Shown: piece by piece, positions 40,572 through 51,042 of the stretch
Layout of the letters: each line of letters begins with the position of its first letter
How positions within the stretch are numbered: the first letter of the stretch is position 1
DNA from: an uncultured Chloroflexia bacterium
GTDB taxonomy: Bacteria > Chloroflexota > Chloroflexia > Thermomicrobiales > UBA6265
Assembly (NCBI GenBank): GCA_963724295.1
Contig: CAVRUC010000004.1
Span: forward strand, 192,001-256,000
Length of the DNA stretch: 64,000 bases
Reading direction: 5' to 3'
Made by a program: the position numbers and the translations under genes
Notes under the pieces: model-generated
What the model was told of the DNA's origin: nothing
What the model saw: only the letters and a program-made list of their open reading frames with translations
The model's database searches: none

Positions 40572-40677
40572 CGCTGCACCCCCTCGCAATGGATCGGGCT
40601 CGCGCCAGCGCCGTGGCGGCGACCGCACGAAATCACGGCTCCGGTGAATCGTTAGCTTTCGACACGAACGTGCGCGC

Positions 40678-40706
40678 ATGGTACCGGCGGGATCGAGACC
40701 CGGCAA
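40678..40706 (-). promoter_or_regulatory. Putative promoter of trpB2
   Basis: Minus strand TTGCCG-17 bp-TACCAT. Confidence 0.45.
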
Positions 40707-40731
40707 CAGGGAGATTTGGCTTCGGTTATCT

Positions 40732-40842
40732 CCCTCGCATCCCCGACCCCTTCTCCCCTCGGAGCGGGGAGAAGGGAGTACGAACCTGGCCGCAAGAAAC
40801 AGCCCCTCTCCCAGGTGCTCGGGAGAGGGGTTGGGGTGAAGG
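40732..40842. repeat. Palindromic intergenic element, family A, copy 2 (inverted)
   Basis: 29-bp core identical to copies 1 and 3 in reverse complement; ends GGGAGAGGGGTTGGGGTGAAGG. Confidence 0.9.
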
Positions 40843-40986
40843 TTATAGGCGGGGTGTGAGTGAGGTCTGATCAGGGTCGAGATGCGGGTCGTCAGTGCTA
40901 CACTCGGGCGCTGGGCCCACCCCACGCTTTCGCCAGTTTTCTGGCGTCTCATTGCTCCACCGATCCCTGGAGAGGACGATATCGAG

Positions 40987-43900
40987 ATGACCGCCAGTGT
41001 CTCCGGTCAGCCCAGCGTCAGCGAAGTCCGGTCCAACGGCAAAGGGCCCGGATCGAACGGCGCACTCCCGTTTGCCGCCGCGGCGCTCCAGAACGACCTG
41101 CAACGCCGCATCGCGGGCGAGGTCCGCTTCGACGCCGTCTCCCGCATGCTCTACAGCACCGATGCCTCCAACTATCAGATCGATCCCGTCGGCGTCGTCA
41201 TCCCGGCCTCCCGCGACGATGTCCTGGCCACTATTGAGATTGCCGCCCAGCATCGGGGTCCCGCTGCTGCCGCGAGGCGGCGGCTCGTCGCTCTCTGGCC
41301 AAACGGTCGGCGCGGCGCTGGTGATCGACTTCTCCAAGATGCTGTCGAGGGTGCTGGAGATCGATCTCGAAGGGGGGTTCGTCACCGTCGAGCCCGGGAT
41401 CAATATCGATGCCCTCAATCGCCAGCTGAAACCGCAAGGGGTGATGTTCGGCCCTGATCCCGCCTCCGCCAATCGCGCCACTGCCGGCGGCGTCGTCGGC
41501 AACAACTCGACCGGTTCGCACTCGATCCTCTACGGCATGACCGGCGACAACGTGCAGGCGGTGAAGGCCGCCACGATCGACGGCGCGGTTCTCGATCTCG
41601 GTCCCATGGCGCCCGCCGCGATGGCCGGCCGGGCCAGCATCGACGACGCCAAGGGACACCTCTACGGCCAGCTTCTGGCGTTCCGGGAACGCTACGCAGG
41701 GCTGATCGCGCGCGATTTCCCGCCGCACTGGCGCCGTGCCACCGGCTATTCGCTCGACCAGCTGCTCAAACCCGATGCCGAGTTCAACCCGGCCCGGTTG
41801 CTGGTCTCTTCCGAAGGCACGCTCGCCACACTCCTCGAGGTCACGTTCCGTCTCGTACCGAGACCGACCAGGACTGGGCTCGTGCTGCTTCAGTTTGACG
41901 AGCTCGTCGCCTCCATGGCCGCGACCCCGGTGATCCTCGAAACCGATCCCTCTGCGGTCGAGCTGATGGGCCGCATGCTGATCAATCTCACCCGATCGCA
42001 GCCCGGCTTCGCGCGCCAGATCTCGATGATCGAAGGTGATCCCGCCGCGGTGCTCGTGGTCGAGTACTACGGCGAGACCGATGCCGAGCTGGAGCAGAAA
42101 GCCGAGCGCCTCAAGTCTCACCTCGTCGGCCGCGGCGTTCGCACCACCACCGATCCCGTGGTCGTGCTCGATCCGGCGCGACAGGAGGATGTCTGGTCGG
42201 TTCGCAAGGCTGGTCTGGGTCTCCTGATGAGCGTCCGCGGCGACCACAAGCCGATCCCGGTGATCGAGGATGTCTCAGTCCCGGTCGAGCACCTTGCCGA
42301 GTACGTGGGGGCCATCGAAGAGCTGGTGACCGCGCACGGGACGACCGCTGCCTACTACGCGCACGCCTCGGCCGGCTGTCTCCACATCCGCCCCTTGATC
42401 AACCTCAAGACGGTCGAGGGCGTCGAGTCCATGTCGGACATGGCGTATGCCGCCGCCGGTCTGGCGCGCCGCTTCGGCGGTGTCATGTCCGGCGAGCACG
42501 GCGACGGCCTGCAACGCTCCGAGCTCAACGAGCTGATCTTCGGACCGGAGCTCTATCAGGCGATGCGCGAGTTCAAGCGCATCTGGGACCCACCTGGTCT
42601 GATGAACCCGGGGAAGAAGGTCAACGCACCACCGATGACCGAAAACCTGCGTTTCGGACCATCGTATCGAGCGAACGAGCCGAAGACCTATCTTGATTTC
42701 GGCGCCGAAGGGGGATTTGCGCGCGCCGTCGAGATGTGCAACGGAGCGGGCGTCTGCCGCAAGCTGAAGGCGGGCACCATGTGCCCTTCCTTCATGGCCA
42801 CCCGGGACGAGAAAGACTCGACCCGAGGCCGTGCCAACGCTTTGCGCGATGTCCTCGCCCGGGGCACGCTCGACCGACCGGATCTGGCCTCGAAAGACGT
42901 CTACGACGTGCTCGATCTCTGCCTGTCTTGCAAGGCCTGCAAGACCGAATGCCCGTCCAGCGTCGACATGGCCAAGCTCAAAACCGAGTTTCTGGCCCAC
43001 TATCAGGCGGAGCATGGCGCCTCGTTGCGCTCCCGGGTCTTCGGGCACATCCACGATCTGTCCCGGCTGGCGTCGCCGGTGGCCCCAGTTGTCAATCTCG
43101 GCATGCGTCTCGGACTCGATGCACCGGTGAAGAAAGCGCTCGGCGTGGCGCCGGAGCGGAGTCTCTCGCCGTTCGCGGCGCGTACATTCACCGACCACTG
43201 GCGCAGGCATCAGCGGCGCCATGCGGGAAGGCCGCGCCAGACGCGCGGCAAGGTCGTCTATTTCCACGACACCTTCACCGAGTACAACTACCCGCGTATC
43301 GGCATGGCGGCGGTGAAGCTGCTGGAGGCGGCCGGGTTCGAGGTCATCATCGAGAAGCGCCGCGCCTGTTGCGGCCGCCCCCTGCTCTCCAAGGGATTTG
43401 TCGACGAGGCTCGCAACCTGGCGCGGCGTAATGTGGAAGTGCTGGCGCCCTACGCCCAGCAGGAGATCCCGATTGTTGGCACCGAGCCGAGCTGCATCCT
43501 GACCCTGCGCGACGAGTTTCGCGACTTGCTTCCCGATGACGCGGACGTCGCGGCGATCGCCCGCGAGACCTACATGATCGATGAGTTCCTGGCCAAGCTG
43601 GATCGGGCCGGCGACCTTGGCATCGTCTGGAAAGACGGCGCGGGGCCGGATGTCCTGTTCCACGGGCATTGTCATCAGAAGGCGCTCATCGGCATAGGCC
43701 CGTCGATGGCGATGCTCGCCACCGCGGGCTGCCACGCGACCGAGAGCGGCGCCGGCTGCTGCGGGATGGCCGGCTCCTTCGGCTACGAAGCCGAGCACTA
43801 CGAGGTCTCGCGCAAGATCGGCGAGGAACGGCTCTTCCCGGCGGTTGCGGCGACGACGACCGCAACGACCGTCAGCGTCGCCGGAGTCTCCTGCCGGCAG

Positions 43901-44074
43901 CAGATCGAGCACTTCACCGAACGCCGGACGAAGCACATCGCCGAGGTCCTGGCGGAGCGGATCGCCCCCGGTCATGCCTGGTCGGCCCGCGCTCCGGAAC
44001 CGGTTCCCGCCGAGGTGGCCCCGACGCCGGAGTCGGTGGCGCATGCCCGGAACACTGGCGCGGGTCCCGCCTGA
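40987..44074 (+). CDS. FAD-binding and (Fe-S)-binding oxidoreductase (GlcD/GlcF fusion, 2-hydroxyacid dehydrogenase-like), frameshift at 41255-41258
   Basis: [48 protein letters not shown] motifs. Confidence 0.92.
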
Positions 44075-44137
44075 CAAGCGCTCCTGCTGATCGCGATCGC
44101 CGGGGAGTACCATCGCTTTTCGAGCGTGGAGCGGCGA

Positions 44138-44881
44138 ATGGCTGAGCCCAACGGACCCAACCGAAGAAGCACGCGCATCCTCCTCGTCGAGGATGAGCCG
44201 AGCATCTCCGGGTTCGTACGTCGCGGTCTTCATTTCGAAGGCTACGACGTCGACGTGGTTCCCGACGGCCCAGGCGCCTTGCGCCGTCTCCGTGAGAGTC
44301 CGCCCGATCTGCTGGTGCTCGACGTGATGGTGCCCGGCGTCGACGGGTTTGAGATCGCGCGCCGCCTGCGCGCCGCGGAAAGCGCCGAGAAATTACCCTC
44401 GATCCCCATCCTGATGCTCACCGCGCGTGACGCCGTAGCCGACCGCGTCACCGGATTGCGGTCCGGAGCCGACGATTACCTCGTCAAGCCATTCGATTTC
44501 GAGGAGCTTCTGGCCCGCATCGAGGCGCTCCTGCGGCGGGCCTCGATTGCCACCCAGCAGGAGTCGGCTCACGAGACGCTGCGGTTTGCTGACCTCGTTG
44601 TCGATCTCGCCGGTCGCACCGTTCGCCGCGGCGAGCGCGACATCCACCTCACCACGCGGGAGTTCGATCTGCTGGTCCTCTTCCTCAACCACCCGGAAAA
44701 GGTTCTGCCACGATCCACAATCATGGCTCGCATCTGGGGCGACGATTTCTTCGGTGATTCGAATGTGCTGGAAGTGTTCGTCGGCAACCTGAGGCGCGCG
44801 CTCGAGGCCGAGGGCGAACCGCGCCTGATCCAGACAGTGCGCGGTGTGGGGTACGTGCTGCGGAGTGCGGCCGGGTCATGA
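44138..44881 (+). CDS. OmpR-family response regulator (MprA-like)
   Basis: ILLVEDE, GADDYLVKPF, SNVLEVFV, IQTVRGVGY. Confidence 0.94.
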   Translation: MAEPNGPNRRSTRILLVEDEPSISGFVRRGLHFEGYDVDVVPDGPGALRRLRESPPDLLVLDVMVPGVDGFEIARRLRAAESAEKLPSIPILMLTARDAVADRVTGLRSGADDYLVKPFDFEELLARIEALLRRASIATQQESAHETLRFADLVVDLAGRTVRRGERDIHLTTREFDLLVLFLNHPEKVLPRSTIMARIWGDDFFGDSNVLEVFVGNLRRALEAEGEPRLIQTVRGVGYVLRSAAGS

Positions 44882-46548
44882 AAGCCGAGGTGTCGCGCCA
44901 TTTTCACCCGTCCACTCGGGTGCGCCTCACCGCCTGGTACGCCGCGCTGCTCCTCGTGGTGCTCTTTGCCCTCGGAGCCTCGGTCGATACCCTGGCGCGG
45001 AACCGGCTCATGGCGGACGTCGACAATCGACTGCAAAGCACCGCCGAGGATATCGGCTCCGGTATCGAAAGCAATTTGGCCAGCTGGTCGTTCTCAACCG
45101 AGCCGGTCAGCTTCGAAGACATCGTGCCGACCCTGGGCTCCTTCGCGTCGCGTGGTCAGCTGATCCAGATCGTCTCCCCGGACGGCGATGTCGTCCGCAG
45201 TTCGGAGTACGCCCCCGGCAAACCGATCGTGGCCGAGTCCAGCGAGCCCAGCGGAGAATCCAGGATCGTCTCGACCACGCTAGCGGGGGAGGAGGCTCGG
45301 GCCGTCCATTACCCGGTTACCGTCACCGATCGCAACGGTGTGCGCTGGTACATCGGCGCGGTGGTTGTCGGCGAACGCCTGACGACGATGCATGAGACGC
45401 TCGCGTCCCTGCGCCAGGTGCTTCTGGTGACGTCCGCCCTGGGGCTCGCACTCGCCCTTGCCGGCGGCTGGGCGCTGGCCGGTCGGGCACTGCGGCCAGT
45501 GGACCGCGTCACCGCCGCCGCCGCCGCTATCGCCACGGGGGATGGCACGGCGATGTCCCTGAGCTCCCGCCTCCTGGTGCCCCCGACAAACGACGAGCTC
45601 TCCCGCCTCTCCGCGACCTTCAACGCCATGCTCGATCGCCTGCAGGCATCATTTCGGGCTCAGGAGCGTTTCGTCGGCGATGCGTCCCACGAGCTGCGCA
45701 CGCCGCTGACCGCGATCCGGGGCAATGTCGACGTCTTGCTGCGCCAGGCGCGTCTCGACGGTCGCCGGCTCGACCCGACCGATCTCACGAGCGCGCTCGA
45801 CGACATCCGCCGCGAGAGCGACCGCATGCGGCGATTGCTGGAAGATCTCCTGCTCCTCGCCCGCGCGGATGCGGACGCAGGAAGTACCCCGGACAAGACC
45901 GCGCCGATTCGTCATGAACTGGTGCGGCTGGACGAGATCGCGTCGGAAGCGGTGCGCTCCGCCGAGGCGCTGGCATCCGGTCAGGTGTTCGAGCTGGAAG
46001 CGCCGCGTGGCGTCGAGGTGCACGGCGACTCCGATCGCCTCCACCAGCTCGTGATGATCCTGCTCGACAACGCGATCCGGCACACCCCGTCAGGCGGCAG
46101 GATCCGGGTCGCGGTGGCAGCCACGCCCGATGGCCAGGCACGCATCGCCGTCCGCGATGAAGGAGAAGGCATCGCTCCCGAGCACCTACCACACGTGTTC
46201 GAGCGGTTCTACCGGGCCGATGGAGCACGCGGGCGGTCTTCGGGTGGCACCGGACTGGGGCTGGCCATCGCCCAGGCCATCTGCCGGGCCCACGGCGGCG
46301 AGATTTCGGTGACGAGCGCTCCGGACCAGGGCGCGACGTTCCTGGTGACCCTACCAGGCGGAAGACAGACCGAAGCCGAAGTCGCCGCGACGAAGTTGAC
46401 TGAGGCAACTGGCGGCCACGCCCCGGGCGGCACGCCTGGCTATGGCCGCAACAGGATCAAGGCCGCGATCGCGCCCCCGACCAGAACAACAAACGCGATC
46501 GGCAACACGAGTCCGAGAATGGACTCCCGGCGGAATCCGAGACCGTAG
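44878..46548 (+). CDS. HAMP-domain sensor histidine kinase
   Basis: 2 TM, HAMP, DASHELRTPL, NAIRH, GGTGLGLAI. The C-terminal end is uncertain. Confidence 0.9.
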   Translation: MKAEVSRHFHPSTRVRLTAWYAALLLVVLFALGASVDTLARNRLMADVDNRLQSTAEDIGSGIESNLASWSFSTEPVSFEDIVPTLGSFASRGQLIQIVSPDGDVVRSSEYAPGKPIVAESSEPSGESRIVSTTLAGEEARAVHYPVTVTDRNGVRWYIGAVVVGERLTTMHETLASLRQVLLVTSALGLALALAGGWALAGRALRPVDRVTAAAAAIATGDGTAMSLSSRLLVPPTNDELSRLSATFNAMLDRLQASFRAQERFVGDASHELRTPLTAIRGNVDVLLRQARLDGRRLDPTDLTSALDDIRRESDRMRRLLEDLLLLARADADAGSTPDKTAPIRHELVRLDEIASEAVRSAEALASGQVFELEAPRGVEVHGDSDRLHQLVMILLDNAIRHTPSGGRIRVAVAATPDGQARIAVRDEGEGIAPEHLPHVFERFYRADGARGRSSGGTGLGLAIAQAICRAHGGEISVTSAPDQGATFLVTLPGGRQTEAEVAATKLTEATGGHAPGGTPGYGRNRIKAAIAPPTRTTNAIGNTSPRMDSRRNPRP

Positions 46549-46616
46549 ATTCCGGTTAGCTCCCGGATCCGGTCCAACACGTCGCCCACCTCCAGCGCCT
46601 CTCGAGCGCCAAACAT
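46440..46616 (-). CDS. Small single-TM membrane protein
   Basis: Hydrophobic C-terminus ILGLVLPIAFVVLVGGAIAALILLRP; upstream TATGAT (46673-46678, minus strand) and a GGAGG before an alternative GTG. Confidence 0.55.
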   Translation of the reverse strand: MFGAREALEVGDVLDRIRELTGIYGLGFRRESILGLVLPIAFVVLVGGAIAALILLRP

Positions 46617-46728
46617 CAGTCGATGTCGCATCGCGGAGTGATCACCCTCCGCGGGCCACTCTCTTCGTTCGGATCATACCCCACGACCAAGTCCGTGGAT
46701 CAGATTGTGGGCACGAGGTCGTGTCGCT

Positions 46729-48351
46729 CTAGCCGGAAGCGTCCTCGTGAGCGTTGAGATGTGACCCCGGCAACGCGCGCATGGCGGGGAACAGAATGAC
46801 ATCCCGGATGTTGCTCTGATCGGTCAGCAGCATCGTCAAGCGGTCGATGCCGATACCAATGCCGCCGGTGGGCGGCATGCCGTACATCAGCGCGTTGACG
46901 TAGTCCTCGTCAATCGGCATCGCTTCTTCGTCGCCCGCCTCGCGGTCCCGCTGCTGCTCGACGAAGCGGGAGAGCTGATCGAGGGGATCGTTCAGCTCGG
47001 TGAAGGCGTTGGCGATCTCGCCCCCGCCGATATAGAGCTGGAACCGCTCCACATGCGTCGGATCGTCCGGCTTGCGCTTGGCCAGCGGCGAAAGCTCGAC
47101 GGGGTAGTCGAGCAAGAACGTCGGTTGGATCAGGTTGGGGCGCACGAACTGCTTCAACAGCTCGTCGACGATTCGCGGCCAGACCGTATCGCTGGCCACA
47201 TCCGCCCCGGCCGCGCGCGCCGCGGCCAGGAGAGCGGGCTGATCCGGGAATGCCGTGTAGTCGACGCCGCTGGCCTCGCGAATAGCATCGCGCAACGTGA
47301 CCCGAGTGAACGGCGCGCTGAGGTCGATCTCGACGCCATTGTTGGTGAAACGTGGTTCGCCGAAGACGTCGATCGCGACCTGCCGGATCAACTCTTCAGC
47401 CATCGCCATGACGTGCTCGTAGTCCGAGTAGGCCTCGTACCACTCCAGCATCGTGAACTCAGGCTGGTGGTTGCGGTCCATGCCCTCGTTGCGGAAGTCC
47501 TTGCAGATTTCGTAGACCCGCTCGAAGCCACCGACGATCAATCGCTTCAGATAGAGCTCGACGGCGATGCGCAAGTAAAAGGTCTGGCCGAGCGCGTGAT
47601 GGATCGTCGTGAACGGGCGAGCCGCGGCGCCGCCGTAGAGCGGTTGCAACGTCGGCGTCTCCACCTCGATGAACCCCCGCGCATCGAGGAAGCGACGGAT
47701 GGAGGAGACGATCTTCGATCGAGTCTCGAAGACGGCCCGCACCTCCTCGTTGGCAATCAGATCCGCATAGCGCTGCCGGTAGCGCGTCTCCACATCCTGC
47801 AAGCCATGCCATTTTTCGGGTGGGGCGTTGAGCGCCTTGCTCAAGATCGCGAAGTCACTGACCCGCAGCGAAACCTCGCCGGCGCGGGTACGGAATAGCC
47901 GGCCGGTCGCCTGCAGGAAATCGCCCAGATCGTAGAGCTTGAGGAAGTCCTCGAAGGCATCTGGACCCACGTCGTCGCGCCGCAGGTAGAGCTGCAGCTC
48001 GCCAGAGCCGTCGCGCACGTGGGCGAACACCGTCTTGCCCTGGTGGCGGCGGCTGATGAGGCGACCGGCAACGGTCGTCTCGGCCTCATCTTCGCCGCTC
48101 TCGGGCAACGACGCTTCGATCGCGCTGAACCGCTCCTTCGCCTCGCGAACCGCGCTGCCGCGGTGCGCTCGGGGCGGATAGGGATCAATCCCGCGCTCGC
48201 GGAATGCCTCGACCTTGTCCTGGCGGACCTCCTGCAGCTCCGAGAGCCGCATCGCGCCGCCCAGTGCCCGCTCCAGGTCACCCATAGATACATCTTCGAC
48301 CGAGACGAGCTTCGCCTGCGAGGTCTCGTTCCCGGCCGGCTCCGCGGTCAC
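46729..48351 (-). CDS. lysS: Lysine--tRNA ligase (class II)
   Basis: RYRQRY, GGAAARPF, FRNEG, YGMPPTGGIGIGIDRL. Confidence 0.98.
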   Translation of the reverse strand: MTAEPAGNETSQAKLVSVEDVSMGDLERALGGAMRLSELQEVRQDKVEAFRERGIDPYPPRAHRGSAVREAKERFSAIEASLPESGEDEAETTVAGRLISRRHQGKTVFAHVRDGSGELQLYLRRDDVGPDAFEDFLKLYDLGDFLQATGRLFRTRAGEVSLRVSDFAILSKALNAPPEKWHGLQDVETRYRQRYADLIANEEVRAVFETRSKIVSSIRRFLDARGFIEVETPTLQPLYGGAAARPFTTIHHALGQTFYLRIAVELYLKRLIVGGFERVYEICKDFRNEGMDRNHQPEFTMLEWYEAYSDYEHVMAMAEELIRQVAIDVFGEPRFTNNGVEIDLSAPFTRVTLRDAIREASGVDYTAFPDQPALLAAARAAGADVASDTVWPRIVDELLKQFVRPNLIQPTFLLDYPVELSPLAKRKPDDPTHVERFQLYIGGGEIANAFTELNDPLDQLSRFVEQQRDREAGDEEAMPIDEDYVNALMYGMPPTGGIGIGIDRLTMLLTDQSNIRDVILFPAMRALPGSHLNAHEDASG

Positions 48352-48812
48352 GCGACCTCGACCACCGTGAAGACGATCGCACCACTCGGGGTCCGCACGG
48401 TCGCCGCGTCACCGGCGCGGCAGCCCATGATGGCCTGTCCAACCGGCGACTCGGTCGAGATCGTACCGTCGAGCGTGTTGGCCTCCTGCGGGCTGACCAG
48501 GATCCAGGTCTCTTCCTCGCCGTCGTCACTGCGGAGCTTCACCGTCGAGCCGAGACCAACGACCTCGTCGCCATCCTGGCGCTGGATGATCTCGGCATGA
48601 TCCAGGGTCTGCTCGAGCTCGAAGATGCGAGCTTCGAGGCTGGCCCACTCGTCCTTGAGCTCCTCGTACTCGCTGTTGTCGGAGATGTCTCCGCTCTCGG
48701 TCGCCTCCTGAATCCTGGCGTGCAGCTCGGGCCTGCGACGCGTGCGGAGGTCCTGCAGCTCTTCTTCGAGCCGGCTCTTACCTGCTTGAGTTAGCCAGAC
48801 TGTCTGTACCAT
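48348..48812 (-). CDS. greA: Transcription elongation factor GreA
   Basis: GDISDNSEY, ISTESPVGQA; AAAGGA RBS before ATG 48812. Confidence 0.96.
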   Translation of the reverse strand: MVQTVWLTQAGKSRLEEELQDLRTRRRPELHARIQEATESGDISDNSEYEELKDEWASLEARIFELEQTLDHAEIIQRQDGDEVVGLGSTVKLRSDDGEEETWILVSPQEANTLDGTISTESPVGQAIMGCRAGDAATVRTPSGAIVFTVVEVA

Positions 48813-48951
48813 CGACGCGGCATCCTTTCCGGATCGTCGCGACCTCAATCCGCTCCGCTCGCGATCGAGCGGGAACAGCGAGAGGCAGGCGATCCGTCGC
48901 CGGACGGTTGAGGTTCGCGGCAGCGCCTGCCGCGGCTGCTCACCGCATGGG

Positions 48952-48999
48952 AAAAAGCCAGGGGCACGCCCCCGGCTCATGATTGAATGCGTAAGTATA
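48952..48999 (-). promoter_or_regulatory. greA promoter -10 and leader intrinsic terminator
   Basis: Minus strand TATACT (48999-48994), then hairpin AGCCGGGGGCGTGCCCCTGGC followed by TTTTT. Confidence 0.7.
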
Positions 49000-49153
49000 C
49001 CCCGGCATCGCTCACACCGTGCGCCGGAAGAGCACGATGCACCGAACATGCTAAACTTCCCTCTCTGCACGCGCAGTCGCCGCTGGCTTTTTCAATGCCG
49101 GCGGCGCGTTGCGTGAGGCGTCTGACTCTTCCGCCCTGGGACCGCAATCTGTT

Positions 49154-50593
49154 ATGAGCCCCGTCACCGTTAGCCCACTCTCTCAGCGCCGCGTTGACCT
49201 GGCCCCGAGCGTTCCCGGGCAGGTCGATGCGGTGTCTCCGGGATCGCTGGCCATGGAGCTCGGAATCGAGCCTGGCGATCGCATCGTCGGCATCAACGGG
49301 CTGCCGCTGATCGACGCACTCGACTTCCAGTTTCAGGCGCAGGCGGAGCGCGTAATCCTCGACGTGGAACGCGCCGGGGTGCTGCTCCGCTATGACCTCG
49401 AGCTCGGAGGGGACGAATTCTGGGGCGTAACCTTCGCCGACCCGACATTCGACGGGGTCCGTATCTGCGAAAACGCGTGCCCGTTCTGTTTCATCAAGCA
49501 GATCCCCAAGGGAATGCGGCGCTCGCTCTATGTCATGGACGACGACTACCGCTATTCGATGCTCTATGGCAGCTTCGTCACGCTCACGAACCTGACCGAA
49601 GATGATTGGCGGCGCATCGAGGAGCAGCACATCTCCCCGCTTCACGTCTCGGTCCACAGTACCGACCCCGACTTGCGCGTCGCTCTCGTCGGCAACCCCA
49701 GGGCCGGGCGCATCATGGACGATCTCGCCCGGCTGGAGCGAGCCAGTATCGACTTCCACGCCCAGCTCGTGCTCGTACCGGGCGTCAATGACGGCCCGCA
49801 GCTCGATCGCAGCCTGCGTGACCTGGCGACCTTCGGCGGCCGTCTTCGCTCGATCGCCGGTGTGCCGGTCGGGCTCTCGCGCCACGGTCAGGAGCGTCAG
49901 AGCCGCCAGCTGCGTCTCTCCAGAACCTGCATGCGAACGCTTCCCGGGAAGCAGATCGCCGTACGCCGCTACCGCGAAGACGAAGCGCTGGCCGTCATCT
50001 CCCAGGCCGCATCGTGGCAGGCGCGATTCGAGCGGGAGCGCGGTGACCCATTCTTCTATCTCGGCGACGAGTTCTATCTGATGACCGGCACACCCGTGCC
50101 AGACGCAACGCATTACGGCGGCTTCCCGCAAATCGAGGACGGCATCGGGATCACCCGCCACTTCCTGGACGCCGCCGACAGCTTCCTGCGCCGCTCGAAG
50201 CCAAACGGCCTGGCCGGGACCCGGGGAACCGTGGCGTGCGGCGAACTGATCGCTCCCACGATGCGCGCGGCGGTTGAGCGCTTCAATGGACGCACCGGAG
50301 CGGCTTTGGACACGGTCGCGGTCGAGAACGTCTATCTCGGCACGGAGATCAATGTCTCTGGACTGCTCAGTGGTCAGGACCTGCTCGCCACCTTCGCGCG
50401 TCGCCCCGCAACTGAACCGCTTTACATCTCGGATCGTATGGTCAGCCAGCGCACCGGGACCCTACTCGACGACATGACGATCGAGGAAGTCGAGCTCGCG
50501 CTCGGCCGGCCGGTCATCCCAGCCGCCGACCTCTCTGACGTGGCCCGCGACCTGCGCACGCGAGCCAGACGCCAGGCGCTCGTCGCCGCGTGA
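49154..50593 (+). CDS. PDZ + radical SAM DUF512 domain protein
   Basis: GIEPGDRIVGING (PDZ-like), CENACPFCF (CxxxCxxC), DDDYRYS, QIEDGIG, VSGLLSGQD. Confidence 0.9.
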   Translation: MSPVTVSPLSQRRVDLAPSVPGQVDAVSPGSLAMELGIEPGDRIVGINGLPLIDALDFQFQAQAERVILDVERAGVLLRYDLELGGDEFWGVTFADPTFDGVRICENACPFCFIKQIPKGMRRSLYVMDDDYRYSMLYGSFVTLTNLTEDDWRRIEEQHISPLHVSVHSTDPDLRVALVGNPRAGRIMDDLARLERASIDFHAQLVLVPGVNDGPQLDRSLRDLATFGGRLRSIAGVPVGLSRHGQERQSRQLRLSRTCMRTLPGKQIAVRRYREDEALAVISQAASWQARFERERGDPFFYLGDEFYLMTGTPVPDATHYGGFPQIEDGIGITRHFLDAADSFLRRSKPNGLAGTRGTVACGELIAPTMRAAVERFNGRTGAALDTVAVENVYLGTEINVSGLLSGQDLLATFARRPATEPLYISDRMVSQRTGTLLDDMTIEEVELALGRPVIPAADLSDVARDLRTRARRQALVAA

Positions 50594-50916
50594 CGAACGG
50601 CGCCAATCGCGCGTCTGATGTGTCGAAATACCGGAACGGGAGTCTGCTTTCGGTCCTCGTCTTTCCTCGCGCCGGCAAGTCCTCGATCGCACAGCTGGCC
50701 GACGGCACTATCCAGATTCGCGTCGCCGCGCCGCCGGTGGATGGCGCCGCCAACGCCGCGCTCCTGCGATTCCTCGCCGGCATGCTCGACGTGCCACGAT
50801 CGAGGCTCTCGATCGCATCCGGCGCCTCCAGTCGCCGCAAACGCATCAGTGTCGATGGCATTGCGCCAGATGAGCTCGAACGACGTCTTCAAGCCGCTCT
50901 TGGCAAGGAGAGCTAA
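50590..50916 (+). CDS. DUF167 (YggU/UPF0235) family protein
   Basis: RVAAPPVDGAANAAL, SGASSRRK. Confidence 0.88.
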   Translation: MTNGANRASDVSKYRNGSLLSVLVFPRAGKSSIAQLADGTIQIRVAAPPVDGAANAALLRFLAGMLDVPRSRLSIASGASSRRKRISVDGIAPDELERRLQAALGKES

Positions 50917-50932
50917 GGCCGTTGCGCCAATC

Positions 50933-51016
50933 GTGTCATTCCGACGAAGGAGGAACCTCGTCCGAACGTGCCTTGAATAGGACCACGACGAGATCCCTCG
51001 TGCCTCGGGATGACAC
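50933..51016. repeat. Palindromic intergenic element, family B, copy 1
   Basis: GTGTCATTCCGA...GAGGAACCTCGT...ACGAGATCCCTCG...TCGGGATGACAC, between convergent genes. Confidence 0.85.
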
Positions 51017-51042
51017 CGTCTTGGGGCGTACCTCTGGCCTAT

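Noticed and set aside
42275..44233. Long antisense ORFs (652 aa here; also 3716-4984, 32142-33455, 36673-38016, 48977-50161, 62431-63444)
   Set aside because: They are shadows of well-supported genes on the opposite strand in high-GC DNA and have no motifs.
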